From: Candidatus Latescibacterota bacterium
GTDB taxonomy: Bacteria > Latescibacterota > UBA2968 > UBA8231
Direction of reading: 5' to 3'
Assembly: GCA_965243025.1 (NCBI GenBank)
Contig: CBDETY010000003.1
Span: 3,904,001 to 3,968,000 of the forward strand
DNA length: 64,000 nucleotides
Notes under the pieces: model-generated
Database searches by the model: none
What the model was told of the DNA's origin: nothing
What the model saw: only the letters and a program-made list of their open reading frames with translations
Made by a program: the position numbers and the translations under genes
Part shown: positions 47,829-57,879 of the stretch, in pieces
Numbering within the stretch: the stretch's first letter is position 1
Layout of the letters: every line of letters begins with the position of its first letter

Positions 47829-49382
47829 CTACAACAATGAATTACACAATGCCGGGCGCGGCGCCATGTAGGGCCCGCCGCTGCTGACGCCGGCGATCTC
47901 GTCGCCGCGCCAGCGGAAGGTCACCGTCTCTTCTTCGGCGGACTCGTCCCGCGACAGCTCCTCCTCCTCGTACTCGGGAAGTTCGAAGCGCAGCTCGCTG
48001 GTCGTGGCCCCTTCTCCCTGCGCCACCGCCACGAACCCGTTCTCCACCGATACCTCGACCGGCCGGCCGTCCACCTTCAGCGAGCAACTCCCCTCATCGG
48101 CCCAGCCCGGGAGCCGCAACCGCAGCTCCTTTCCGGTTCGGTTGACCACCGTGACCCGGGCCCCGCTCTCGCCGCGCTCGGCCTTCACCTCCACCTCCGG
48201 CAGCTGGCGGTCGAAGTGGAAGTTGACGCGGACGATCTCCGCCTCGACGTCGACGGTGCGGGTCCAGAGCTCGATCAGGCTGTGCAGGGCGGCGGCGGTG
48301 AAGTCGGTGACGCAGGTCTGGCCGCTGACGTGGCCTACCGAGCCGCCGATGGCGCCGAGGAAACGGTCGGCGAGGTCGCGGTAGCAGTCGCGGGAGTCCG
48401 CTGCCTTGGCAGGGCGGATCGCCACCGGTTCCCGCACCTGCGCCGGGAACAGCCGGGCCCGCGCGATGCGCTCGGCGTCGTCGAGCAGCCCGGGGTCGGC
48501 GAACAGGTCCCACAGCAGCAGCGCGATGTGGGCGATGTCCCCGGCCGAGGCGATGTCGCCGGCGTAGCGGTCGCCGATGTCGTGGGTGACGAACCCGGAG
48601 CGGGTGATCATCCCGGAGACCGCGTCCCGGTAAGTCCGGTAGATCAGCTCCTGGCGTTCGCGCGACCCCTGGAGCACGGCCAGCATCAGCAGGCCGCGGA
48701 GGGTGTTGAGGTACGAGTGGGTGTGGTGGCCGCAGCCCTCGGCGAGACTGCCGTCCTCGTTCAGCAGGTATACGAAGTGGAAGTCCGCCAGGCGCTCCGC
48801 CTCCTCGAGGGCGGCCGGCTCCCCGGTGGCGGCGTGGAAACAGAGCAGCCCCTCGATGGCTCGGCCGTGGGTGTAGGCCGGGGCGGCGCTGTTTCCGTGC
48901 TTTGCCCGCGGCGGGCCCCCGTCGAACGAGAACCTCCACTCCTTCAGGTCCCGGCTGGCGCGGCTCATCCTCTCGATCGCCCGCTTTCCGCACTCGGCGG
49001 CGCGGCCGCTGCCGCGGCACTCGACCAGCAGTCCGAACGACAGCATGGTCTCGCGGTAGGAGTGGATGTACCAGGTGGCCGGGTCCCGGGGGTCGACGTC
49101 CTCGAGGAAGATGCCGCTGGCGTTGTCGGCAAGGCGCCAGCTGTTCTCCAGCATCGCCGCCTCCATCTCGGCGGGGATCTCGAAGCCGGCGGCGCGCTCG
49201 AGCCGCAGCATGGTGTTCCACCAGCGTCCGACGTTGTGGCCGGTGCTGTAGCGCCGGAACTGATACATGGCGCGCAGCTCCTCGTCGACCGCCATGTGCC
49301 AGTACGGAAGGCAGCCGTCGTCGCGCGACAGGCAGCCGAGGAGGTTGCGGCCGGTAAGCAGCAGTCGGTCTTCGACGTTCAC
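47829..49382 (-). CDS. GH127/GH146-like (alpha/alpha)6 glycoside hydrolase-like protein
   Basis: HNVGRW, GHHTHS, LDDAERI and LRLRLPGWA in C-terminal beta domain; GTG start inferred. Confidence 0.6.
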   Translation of the reverse strand: MNVEDRLLLTGRNLLGCLSRDDGCLPYWHMAVDEELRAMYQFRRYSTGHNVGRWWNTMLRLERAAGFEIPAEMEAAMLENSWRLADNASGIFLEDVDPRDPATWYIHSYRETMLSFGLLVECRGSGRAAECGKRAIERMSRASRDLKEWRFSFDGGPPRAKHGNSAAPAYTHGRAIEGLLCFHAATGEPAALEEAERLADFHFVYLLNEDGSLAEGCGHHTHSYLNTLRGLLMLAVLQGSRERQELIYRTYRDAVSGMITRSGFVTHDIGDRYAGDIASAGDIAHIALLLWDLFADPGLLDDAERIARARLFPAQVREPVAIRPAKAADSRDCYRDLADRFLGAIGGSVGHVSGQTCVTDFTAAALHSLIELWTRTVDVEAEIVRVNFHFDRQLPEVEVKAERGESGARVTVVNRTGKELRLRLPGWADEGSCSLKVDGRPVEVSVENGFVAVAQGEGATTSELRFELPEYEEEELSRDESAEEETVTFRWRGDEIAGVSSGGPYMAPRPALCNSLL

Positions 49383-50410
49383 AAGGTGTGGTCTACTCCG
49401 AGCTTGATGGACCGTTCCGGGTGCTCGCAGATCTCGTGATACGCCTCGGCGGCCCGGGCGAAGGGGACGACCGGCGCCACCAGGCCGTCCGCCTTCAGCC
49501 GGCCCTCCCGCAGCAGCGCCAGGGACTCGGAGCGGACGCGGGGCACGTCCCATCCTGAGTGGAGATGGGGGGTGCTGACGGCGCGGCTCGATACGATCTC
49601 GATGCGGTTGCGGTGCCACTCTCCGGCCAGGGACAGGCCCTTTGCCCCGTGGTAGTAGGCGGTCGAGACCACGGTGCCGGCGTACTTCACCGCGCGCAGG
49701 GCGTCCTCCAGGGCGGCGTAGGAACCGCTGGTCTCGAAGACGACGTCGGCGCCCACCTTTCCCGTCGCCTCCTTGACCGCTACCCCGAAGTCGGATTCGG
49801 TCGGATCGTACACGGCATCTGCCCCGTGGCGGGCAGCCCCCTCGCGGCGCATGGCGATCGGGTCGGAGACGGCCACCCAGCGCGCCCCGCAGACCCGAGC
49901 CAGCTGCGCCACCATCTGGCCGATGGCCCCGAGCCCGGTGACGGCGACCCGGTCCCCGAGCCGCACCGGGGCGTCGCGCACCGCTCCCACGGCGAAGTCG
50001 GCCGGGTCCCAGTAGACGAGAGCCTGCTCCGACATTCCGTCCGGCGCGGGGTGCAGCCTCGCCGCCGGCACCGTGTGGGTCTCGCGGATCGGCAGGTGGC
50101 CGAAGACGCGGTCCCCCGGTTGGAGGCTGCCGGCGTCCGTGCCCACCTCCTCGACGGTCCCGACACACATGTTCCCCAGGGACATCGGGAACCGCGGGGG
50201 CGCCGGCTCGCCGCGGCGGTGCAGGCGCAGCCCGGAATCGAAGCGGTCGCTTGCGTCGGGGGTGTCGGCGCGGAAATCCCGCAGCTCGGTGCCGTGCTTG
50301 ACCGAGCTGAACCGGGCGCGCACGCACACCTCCCCCGGTTCAAGCGGCGGTTCTTCGTACTCCCGGAGCAGGGCGTGTCCGGGGCGGTCGGCGATCAGTT
50401 CGAGGGGCAT
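49379..50410 (-). CDS. Zinc-binding alcohol dehydrogenase (MDR) family
   Basis: KHGTE, GNMCVG, GLGAIG, DVVFETSG. Confidence 0.88.
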   Translation of the reverse strand: MPLELIADRPGHALLREYEEPPLEPGEVCVRARFSSVKHGTELRDFRADTPDASDRFDSGLRLHRRGEPAPPRFPMSLGNMCVGTVEEVGTDAGSLQPGDRVFGHLPIRETHTVPAARLHPAPDGMSEQALVYWDPADFAVGAVRDAPVRLGDRVAVTGLGAIGQMVAQLARVCGARWVAVSDPIAMRREGAARHGADAVYDPTESDFGVAVKEATGKVGADVVFETSGSYAALEDALRAVKYAGTVVSTAYYHGAKGLSLAGEWHRNRIEIVSSRAVSTPHLHSGWDVPRVRSESLALLREGRLKADGLVAPVVPFARAAEAYHEICEHPERSIKLGVDHTL

Positions 50411-50599
50411 TGTCGGTTCCCTTTCGGCATATTGGGCTTGTCGGGCCGGCTTGTCCGGGGCATGAGCAGGATCAGGCGCCCCGAATCATCGACCAGGGGC
50501 GTGCAGCTTGACGCCGGCCTTCCCGGGGCAACCACTCGAGGCTGGTGCGCGTGCGGCTGGCCCGGCGCAGTCCGACCGTCGAACGTACATTGAAAACTG

Positions 50600-51055
50600 A
50601 TGAAACAGAACACTGAGGTCACCCCCTTTGGGAAGGCGATGGCAGCGCCCCTCCTGCTCTTTCTGCTCTTCTTCGCCGCCCTGGCCTGTTCCGACCTGAC
50701 CACGAGCACGGAGATGGTTTTCGATCCCGTTTCGGAGGGGCCGGCAACCTTCGAGCGGGTCCAGGGTCTGTTCGACGTTTCCTGCGCTTCGAGCGGCTGC
50801 CACGGCGGCCAGGAGTGGAGCGCCTGGCCCGACCTGAGGGCCGGCATGGCGTACGACAACATCGTCGGCGTCGAGAGCACCCGGGGCATTCCCCTGGTGG
50901 CACCGGGCCAGCCGGACAGCAGCTACCTGTATCTCAAACTGTTGCCGGACGCCGCGATCTCCGGGGACCGCATGCCCCTCGGCGGGCCGTACCTGGAACC
51001 CTCCACGCTGGAAACGGTTTACATGTGGATAGAACGGGGCGCGCCGAGGGACTGA
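50600..51055 (+). CDS. c-type cytochrome-like lipoprotein (CxxxxCH)
   Basis: LAC lipobox; SCASSGCHGG; VAPGQPDSSYLY.KL...RMP...WI.RGA. Confidence 0.75.
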   Translation: MKQNTEVTPFGKAMAAPLLLFLLFFAALACSDLTTSTEMVFDPVSEGPATFERVQGLFDVSCASSGCHGGQEWSAWPDLRAGMAYDNIVGVESTRGIPLVAPGQPDSSYLYLKLLPDAAISGDRMPLGGPYLEPSTLETVYMWIERGAPRD

Positions 51056-51095
51056 CCCCGGGTACGCCGCCGGCAAACCAATCCGGGACGACCTG

Positions 51096-51707
51096 ATGCG
51101 CTGGATCCTCACCCTCCTGATCTGCCTCCCCCTCGCGGTCCGGGCCGGCGAATGGCAGGTCGACAAGAAGGCCCTGGACAACCAGGTCAAGTTCACCTCG
51201 AGGGTGACGGCCTTCACCTTTTCCGGCGTCACCGATCAGGTCGACGGCTTCGTCTATTGGGAGGGGGACTCCCTGTTCGCCCAGAAAGCCCAGTTCCATT
51301 TCGAGGTGAACCTCGCCGGCTTCGACACCGGCATCGGCAAGCGGGACCGCGACATGCGCGAGGTGCTCGACACGGAGAAGTGGCCCAGGGCCGTTTACAA
51401 AGGGGTGATCGCAGAACACGCCGCGGTCGATTCCACCGGAGCCGCCTATCGCGTCGGGACGAAGGGGACGCTGTCGCTGCACGGGACCGACCGCGCCATC
51501 GAGGTGCCCGGGACGGTGGTGGTCGAAGAGGGGCGCTTTAGGATCGAGGCCGCTTTCACCCTGAAGCTGGCCGACTACGAGATCGAGGCCCCCTCCCTGG
51601 CCGTCTTCGTCAAGGTGAGCCAGGAGATCGCCCTCGAAATCTCGGTTTACATGAAGCACCTGACCCCGGCGGAAGACCCGCAGGGGACGGAAGGAGCTGA
51701 TCGATGA
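51096..51707 (+). CDS. YceI family lipid/polyisoprenoid-binding protein
   Basis: FDTGIGKRDRDM, GTLSLHG, LADYEI. Confidence 0.9.
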   Translation: MRWILTLLICLPLAVRAGEWQVDKKALDNQVKFTSRVTAFTFSGVTDQVDGFVYWEGDSLFAQKAQFHFEVNLAGFDTGIGKRDRDMREVLDTEKWPRAVYKGVIAEHAAVDSTGAAYRVGTKGTLSLHGTDRAIEVPGTVVVEEGRFRIEAAFTLKLADYEIEAPSLAVFVKVSQEIALEISVYMKHLTPAEDPQGTEGADR

Positions 51708-52573
51708 GAATTCGCGCCTCACTGGCGGCGGCCGTTCTCGGACTGCTGCCGGCCCTCGCCGGGGCCCAGCCGTCGTGGCAGGCGATCGCGCCCCCGGAGA
51801 CCCGGCTGGAGCTGTTCACCGCCCTGAGGACGGCCAACTACCCGACCGCCGAATCCCTCTACCGGGGGGACTTCCACTACGAGATATCGCACCGCTTCCT
51901 GCCGACCATCGACCAGGGGTACGAGGCCGGCTTCGGGCTCGACGGGCCGGCCAACATCCGCACCACGGTCAGCTACGGGCTGCACGACCGGCTGATGGTT
52001 ACCCTGGGGCGCAGCAGCCTGCAGGACAATCTCGACCTGCAGCTGCGGTACCGCTGGCTGCAGTTCCGCCACATGCGCTTCCCGTCGGTCCTCGCCCTCA
52101 ACGCCGGCGCCGCCTGGAACACCGACATCCCCGCCGGCATCGACCGGGGGGCGGCCGCGGCCGAGAACTTCCAGTACTTCGGGCAGCTGGTTTTCAACAC
52201 GATGATGGACGACAAGCTGGGTTTGGGCCTGGTGCCTTCGTTCCTCTACAACAGCGCCATCTTCAGCGTCGACCCGCAGTACACCGCCACCCTGGGGACC
52301 TACGTCCACTACTTCATCAACCACACCTGGGGGATCTGGGTGGAGTACAGCCCGGCGCTGACGGGCTACCAGGGCATCCTGTCGCCAGGCGAGAGCGGGC
52401 GCTCGCACAACTCCCTGGCCTGGGGCCTGTCCATCGACACGGGGGGGCACACCTTCTACCTGTTCGCCACCAACAACACGCGCCTCAGTCCGTCCCAGTA
52501 CCTCGTGGGGGCGCCCTACGAAGCGGCCCCGGAGAACTGGCGCTCCGGCTTCGGGATCACGCGGTTCCTGTAG
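51704..52573 (+). CDS. DUF5777-like outer-membrane beta-barrel
   Basis: EISHRF, FGLDGPANIR, DTGGHTF..FATN, GFGITRFL. Confidence 0.78.
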   Translation: MRIRASLAAAVLGLLPALAGAQPSWQAIAPPETRLELFTALRTANYPTAESLYRGDFHYEISHRFLPTIDQGYEAGFGLDGPANIRTTVSYGLHDRLMVTLGRSSLQDNLDLQLRYRWLQFRHMRFPSVLALNAGAAWNTDIPAGIDRGAAAAENFQYFGQLVFNTMMDDKLGLGLVPSFLYNSAIFSVDPQYTATLGTYVHYFINHTWGIWVEYSPALTGYQGILSPGESGRSHNSLAWGLSIDTGGHTFYLFATNNTRLSPSQYLVGAPYEAAPENWRSGFGITRFL

Positions 52574-52722
52574 GGAGAGGAAGGGGGAGCGTCCACCGCG
52601 GCGGCTGTCCGTCGCCGCCGCTGACTGCCCGACCAGGAGGCAGGGGCGCGGCACCGGCCCGGCGGGTGTGGGGCGGTGGTGTGCAGCTCTCCGAGGCGGC
52701 CGTTGAGCGCCTTCCGGGTCTC

Positions 52723-52890
52723 GAGGGCAGCAGCTTCCTGGATGAGCCCGTCGTAGTATCCAAGCTGGGGGCGCATGAGAGCCGCGGCGATAGCGCCTTC
52801 ATCGCGGATTCCTGGTGAGCCGCCAAAGGCACCAATCAGAGCGTCGTGCATGGCGACGACTTCCTCGATGGTTGGGAAGTCATGGGTCAT
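52723..52890 (-). pseudogene. doc: Truncated death-on-curing (Doc) toxin
   Basis: MHDALI..FGGSPGIRDEG....ALMRPQLGYY...EAAAL, then unrelated sequence; no HPFxDGNKR motif. Confidence 0.75.
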
Positions 52891-53114
52891 CTGGCCAGCA
52901 TTTCACCCAGGCGGCGGTTTTTCTCGACACTGGCCTGAAAATGGGCCATGACCGAGGCCCGGAGCTTTTCTTTAGAGCGGTTCTCAATGTATTCCCGCAT
53001 GGCTTCTTCCAGTACTGCCTGGAAATGACGGCCTTCCTCGCGGGCGATTTCTCGCACTGCGGCCAGCAACTCCGGCGAAGCCTGGCTGGAGAATTTCTCT
53101 CGTGGAACATCCAT
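52887..53114 (-). CDS. Ribbon-helix-helix antitoxin of the Doc module
   Basis: REKFSSQASPELLAAVREIAREEGRHFQAVLEEAM; ATGA overlap with doc. Confidence 0.8.
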   Translation of the reverse strand: MDVPREKFSSQASPELLAAVREIAREEGRHFQAVLEEAMREYIENRSKEKLRASVMAHFQASVEKNRRLGEMLAR

Positions 53115-53473
53115 CACCAATTCCCCCTTCGTATTCGTTCTGTACAAGCTGTAAGGTCGTGAAGAAAGGCGTCAAGAAACATCTTGATCGAAATGGGCGG
53201 AAGCGTTGCAGATCACCGGGCGGAAGCAAGGCCGCCGCCGGTCTCGACGGGCGTCTCGTCGAGCCGGGTGCGGCAATCGTCGCTGGGAAGCTCGTTACCG
53301 GGATGATGGCGCCCGTCCGAAATTAACTACATACACTCGAATACCCCTTGCCTTGCAACGAGTTAGGCCAGGGAAGCCGAATTAGATCAGTCCATTGACT
53401 CTATCTGTGCCGCCGCATGGTTGAAGAGTCCTTGCGGAAGCCTGATCTTCCCGATTCCTCCCCCTTGGAGATC

Positions 53474-54658
53474 ATGCTGACCACCGAACAATTACAGGCG
53501 TTGATGGCAGACGGTGAATCGGACCGCGTGGCGCTGACGACGTCCACCAGGGACACCGATAAATTCGCGCAGGCCATCTGTGCCTTTGCCAACGACTTCC
53601 CCGATCACCGGCAGCCGGGCTATCTCCTTGTAGGCGTGCACGACGACGGCAGAGCCAGCGGTCTGTCCGTCGATGATCGACTGTTGCGGGACCTGGGGGA
53701 ACTGCGCTCAAACGTCAACCTAGAGCCGCTCCCGGTGATGACCGTGCAGAAGTGCACGTTGCCCCAAGGGGAAGTGGCCGTGGTGGAGGTGCTTCCATCC
53801 GAGCTGCCTCCCGTCCGCTACAAAGGCAGGGTCTGGATACGGGTCGGACCTTCCCGGCGCGGGGCGAACCAGCAGGAAGAGCGCATTCTCACGGAGAAGC
53901 GGACCGTTTTCCAAAGGCCCTTCGATGCCCGGCCCTGCCAAGGCTGCACGCTTGACGAACTGGTCCTGGATCTGTTCCAGGTAAGCTACCTTCCGGCGGC
54001 GGTGGCTCGTGACGTAATCGACGAGAACGAGCGAAACACCCCTGAACAGATGGCATCCCTGCGCTTTTACGACCTTACCGCCGACTGTCCGACGAACGCC
54101 GCCGCCTTGCTGTTCGCCAAGAGGCCCCTGCACTGGATTCCTGGAGCCTGGGTTCAATTCGTCCGTTGGGCAGGAACGACGATGGCCGACGAACCGGTCG
54201 GCGAGAAGAGATTCAGCGGGGACTTGCTCACCCTTCTGCGCGAGCTCGAAGCGTTCATCACGGTTCCTGCACAGTCCCGTCCGGTGGCAGAATCGGCTCT
54301 GCGGGACCGGGCTGAGAGCGACTACCCGCAGGTGGCCATCCGAGAGTTGCTGTTGAACGCAATCATGCACCGTTCCTACGAGTCAAACGCACCCGTACGG
54401 TTTTACTGGTACGATGACCGCATGGAAATCCAGAATCCAGGGGGGCTGTACGGGATGGCCTCTCCGGAGAACTTCCCGAGGCAGACGGATTATCGAAATC
54501 CGGTCATAGCGGAGGCCATGGCGACGTTGGGCTATGTCAACCACTTCGGTCGAGGCGTCATCAGAGCGCAGGATGCCTTGCTGAAAAACGGGAACCCGGA
54601 AGCGGAATTCACCTTCGAGCCCGCCAACGTGCTGGCCACCATTCGAAGAAAGCCATGA
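53474..54658 (+). CDS. AlbA_2 (Schlafen-like) domain + RecG-C/HATPase_c_4 domain protein
   Basis: AICAFAND, LLVGVHDDG, RELLLNAIMHRSY, NPGGL, RNPVIAE, FGRGV. Confidence 0.85.
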   Translation: MLTTEQLQALMADGESDRVALTTSTRDTDKFAQAICAFANDFPDHRQPGYLLVGVHDDGRASGLSVDDRLLRDLGELRSNVNLEPLPVMTVQKCTLPQGEVAVVEVLPSELPPVRYKGRVWIRVGPSRRGANQQEERILTEKRTVFQRPFDARPCQGCTLDELVLDLFQVSYLPAAVARDVIDENERNTPEQMASLRFYDLTADCPTNAAALLFAKRPLHWIPGAWVQFVRWAGTTMADEPVGEKRFSGDLLTLLRELEAFITVPAQSRPVAESALRDRAESDYPQVAIRELLLNAIMHRSYESNAPVRFYWYDDRMEIQNPGGLYGMASPENFPRQTDYRNPVIAEAMATLGYVNHFGRGVIRAQDALLKNGNPEAEFTFEPANVLATIRRKP

Positions 54659-55644
54659 AAACCGTCGCTTTCTTCAACAACAAGGGAGGAGTCGGCAAGA
54701 CGACTCTGGTCTACCACCTCGCCTGGATGTACGCCGACCTCGGCATGTCGGTTGTCGCGGCTGACCTCGATCCGCAGGCGAATCTGAGCACCATGTTCCT
54801 GAGTGACGACCGGCTCGAGGAGTTGTGGCCGGATGGAGATCATCCGGAAAGTATCTACGGATCGGTCTCCCCGATCCTTCGCGGTCTTGGTGACATCGAC
54901 GACCCGCACGTAGAGGTAATCCTTGAAAACCTCGGCCTTCTGGTGGGCGACCTTGGTTTAGCTCGGTTCGAAGCCAGGCTCTCCTCCGCATGGCCCGACT
55001 GCATGAACCGCGACGAGGCGGCTTTCCGCACCGAGTCCTCCTTCCATCGAGCAATTCTGAAAGCGGTAGAGATACGGGAAGCCGATCTGGTATTGATCGA
55101 TGTCGGCCCCAACCTGGGAGCGATCAACCGCGCGGCGATCATTGCAGCCAATTTCGTCGTTTTCCCGCTCGCCCCGGACCTGTTCTCGCTGCAGGGACTT
55201 CGCAACCTCGGGCCGACTCTGCGCGATTGGCGCAGCCAGTGGCAGGATCGCATGGATCGACGTCCCGACGACCCGAACCTGCCCCTGCCTTCAGCCGACA
55301 TGAAGCCGGCAGGCTATACAGTCATGCAGCACGCCGTGCGGTCGGGGAGTCCCGTTCAATCATACCAGAGATGGATGACCCGCATTCCCGGTGTCTATCA
55401 CAAGGAGGCCCTCGGGGAAGATGCCCCAACGGCCTCCTCGACGGATGACGACCCCGAATGCCTCGCTACGCTGAAGCACTACCGCAGCCTGATGCCGATG
55501 GCCCAGGAAGCGCGGAAGCCGATGTTCCAGCTCAAGGCCGCGGATGGGGCTCTCGGTGGTCATATCCACGCCGTGCAGGACTGCTACGCCGATTTCAAGG
55601 CACTGGCGGAATCGATAGCTGACAAGTGCGGAATCGAGCGGTAA
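54655..55644 (+). CDS. ParA-family ATPase
   Basis: FFNNKGGVGKTT, DLDPQANL, IDVGPNLG, PDLFSLQGL. Confidence 0.9.
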   Translation: MKTVAFFNNKGGVGKTTLVYHLAWMYADLGMSVVAADLDPQANLSTMFLSDDRLEELWPDGDHPESIYGSVSPILRGLGDIDDPHVEVILENLGLLVGDLGLARFEARLSSAWPDCMNRDEAAFRTESSFHRAILKAVEIREADLVLIDVGPNLGAINRAAIIAANFVVFPLAPDLFSLQGLRNLGPTLRDWRSQWQDRMDRRPDDPNLPLPSADMKPAGYTVMQHAVRSGSPVQSYQRWMTRIPGVYHKEALGEDAPTASSTDDDPECLATLKHYRSLMPMAQEARKPMFQLKAADGALGGHIHAVQDCYADFKALAESIADKCGIER

Positions 55645-55857
55645 GGGATCCCATGCCGCTCGCGTTGCCGCGCAGGCGCCAGCGGATCGCCTCGAAGCGG
55701 CGCTCAAAGCCCTGGTAGTAGCCATTTCGTTCAGTTATCCATATCAAAAGTCGGAGTGAAACCGGGATGATGTTGCCGCCGGCACCCCGGCTCTCCGCCA
55801 TTTCGTTTCCGGTTCGAGTGACATGCGGGTCCCCGAACCTGAACCGCGCTGTTGGCT

Positions 55858-57618
55858 TTACTCCCGGATCCCTATGTGGAGTTCCCGCAACTGCTCAGGC
55901 GAGACCTCGCCCGGTGCGCCCATGAGCGGATCCTGCGCATTCTGGTTCATCGGGAAGGCGATGACCTCCCGGATGTTCGGTTCGTCCGCCAGCAGCATGA
56001 CGATGCGGTCGATGCCGGGGGCGATGCCGCCGTGGGGCGGAGCGCCGTAACGAAAGGCGCGGATCATTCCCCCGAACCTGCGATCCACTTCCCGCCGCGC
56101 ATGTCCGGCAATCTCGAACGCCTTGTACATGATGTCCGGCCTGTGGTTGCGGATGGCACCGCTCGACAGTTCGAGGCCGTTGCAGACGATGTCGTACTGA
56201 TACGCCTTGACCTCCAGCGGCGGTTGCGTCTCCAGCGCAGCCATGCCGCCCTGCGGCATGGAGAACGGGTTGTGCGAAAAGGCCACGCAAGCGCGTTCCT
56301 CGTCCCATTCGTACATGGGAAAATCGACGACCCAGCAGAATTCATAACAACCCTCCCGCCGCAGGTCGAGCCGGTCTGCCAGATGCAGGCGCAACCGTCC
56401 CGCCAGGGCCGCTGCCTCGGATGGCGCGCCGGCGATGAAGAAAACGGCTGACCCCGGAGCGGCTGCGCAGTGCTCGAAAATGCGGCTGCGCACGCTCTGT
56501 TCCAGGGCGGCGGCAAATGATCCTGTGGCCTGCGCTCCGTTGATTAGGTAGGCCAGCCCCTTGCCGCCCGCCTCTTTGACGAATGCTTCGAGGCCGTCGA
56601 AAAACGAGCGCGGCTGCCCTTCCATCTCAGGAACGCACAGGGCGCGGACGACCCCGCCTGCTGCGACGATGTCCCCGAACAGCCTGAACGAGGAGTCCGC
56701 GAAGATCCCGGTGAGGTCCTGGATTTCGAGACCGAAGCGCAGGTCTGGTTTGTCCGTGCCGAACCGCAGCATGGCGTCGGCATGGGAAAGACGCGGGAAC
56801 GGCGGCGCGGTCACTGCCCAATCGGTGAACTCGCGGAAGAGACCGGAAAAGAGTTCCTCGACCACGGCGAAGACGTCCTCCTGTTCGACGAAGGCCATCT
56901 CGAGATCGAGCTGGTAGAATTCGCCGGGGGAGCGGTCGGCGCGGGCGTCTTCGTCGCGGAAGCAGGGCGCGATCTGGAAGTAGCGGTCGAAGCCGGACAC
57001 CATCAGCAACTGCTTGAACTGCTGCGGCGCCTGCGGCAGCGCGTAGAAGCGGCCGGGATACAGCCGGCTCGGCACGAGGTAATCGCGCGCGCCCTCGGGC
57101 GAACTGCTGGTGAGAATGGGCGTCTGGAACTCGGCAAAGCCCATCTCCGTCATGCGCCGCCTGATGCTGGCGATCACTTCCGAGCGGAGCTGAATGCGGC
57201 GGTGCAGCCCTGCCCGGCGCAGGTCCAGGAAGCGATAGGACAAGCGGGTGCTCTCCCCCACTTCGGGATCTTCGGCCACGGAAAAGGGGAGCGGCTCCGC
57301 CGGCGAGAGCACTTCCAGCTCGCGAACGGCGATTTCCACTTCTCCCGTCTCCATCGCGCTGTTGACGGTCTCAAACGACCGTTCGCGCACGTCGCCTGCG
57401 ACGCTGATTACGGATTCGCGGGGGACCTTTGACGCGATTGCCGCAGCGTCATTGTCCGGCAAGATCACGAGCTGGGTGATACCGTAGTGGTCGCGCAGAT
57501 CCAGGAACAGTATGCCTCCGTGGTCCCTTTTGCGATGCAGCCAACCGCTCAGGCGAACGGTCTGGCCGGCGTGGCGCTTGCGAAGTTCGCCGCAGGTGTG
57601 GGTGCGATAGCGGTGCAT
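55858..57618 (-). CDS. aspS: Aspartate--tRNA ligase, probably non-discriminating (Asp/Asn)
   Basis: [45 protein letters not shown]; RBS GGAGG. Confidence 0.97.
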   Translation of the reverse strand: MHRYRTHTCGELRKRHAGQTVRLSGWLHRKRDHGGILFLDLRDHYGITQLVILPDNDAAAIASKVPRESVISVAGDVRERSFETVNSAMETGEVEIAVRELEVLSPAEPLPFSVAEDPEVGESTRLSYRFLDLRRAGLHRRIQLRSEVIASIRRRMTEMGFAEFQTPILTSSSPEGARDYLVPSRLYPGRFYALPQAPQQFKQLLMVSGFDRYFQIAPCFRDEDARADRSPGEFYQLDLEMAFVEQEDVFAVVEELFSGLFREFTDWAVTAPPFPRLSHADAMLRFGTDKPDLRFGLEIQDLTGIFADSSFRLFGDIVAAGGVVRALCVPEMEGQPRSFFDGLEAFVKEAGGKGLAYLINGAQATGSFAAALEQSVRSRIFEHCAAAPGSAVFFIAGAPSEAAALAGRLRLHLADRLDLRREGCYEFCWVVDFPMYEWDEERACVAFSHNPFSMPQGGMAALETQPPLEVKAYQYDIVCNGLELSSGAIRNHRPDIMYKAFEIAGHARREVDRRFGGMIRAFRYGAPPHGGIAPGIDRIVMLLADEPNIREVIAFPMNQNAQDPLMGAPGEVSPEQLRELHIGIRE

Positions 57619-57646
57619 GGCCACCTCCAGTTTTTGGATGTACATG

Positions 57647-57679
57647 AAAAACCGCCGTCGGCGCGAGGCTCAACGGCGG
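57647..57679 (-). terminator. Attenuator terminator 2 upstream of aspS
   Basis: mRNA CCGCCGUUG-agccucgcgc-CGACGGCGG-UUUUU (9-bp stem plus U-tract). Confidence 0.85.
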
Positions 57680-57702
57680 GTTGGGGTGAGAGTGTAATCC
57701 GA

Positions 57703-57795
57703 TCACGGCCAACGCCATCGAGCCCGAATGGCGGGATTATTGTCGTCGTTGTCATGCGAAATAGCGCGTGCCGTGTGCTTGTAGCGAAATGTCAT
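57703..57795 (-). CDS. Leader peptide 2 (30 aa, MTFRYKHTARAISHDNDDNNPAIRARWRWP)
   Basis: SD UAAGGAG; six consecutive Asp/Asn codons; 3' end overlaps the antiterminator arm. Confidence 0.85.
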   Translation of the reverse strand: MTFRYKHTARAISHDNDDNNPAIRARWRWP

Positions 57796-57809
57796 CTCGT
57801 AAACTCCTT

Positions 57810-57850
57810 AAAACAGAAAACCCGCCGCGATGCGTGTTCGCGACGGGTTT
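57810..57850 (-). terminator. Attenuator terminator 1
   Basis: mRNA AAACCCGUCGCGA-acacgca-UCGCGGCGGGUUUUCUGUUUU (13-bp stem, U-tract). Confidence 0.85.
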
Positions 57851-57879
57851 GGGATTCTCGGATTCGGTTGGAGCAGTCG

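Noticed and set aside
53341-53365. Imperfect inverted repeat ATACCCCTTG-CCTTG-CAACGAGTTA as a recombination site
   Set aside because: Only 6 of 10 positions are symmetric, with no clear partner site or integrase in the window.
57549-57755. ORF-track peptide MTTTTII... as a Thr/Ile leader
   Set aside because: No SD, and it runs through the terminator into aspS; it is the alternate frame of the SD-bearing DNDDNN leader.
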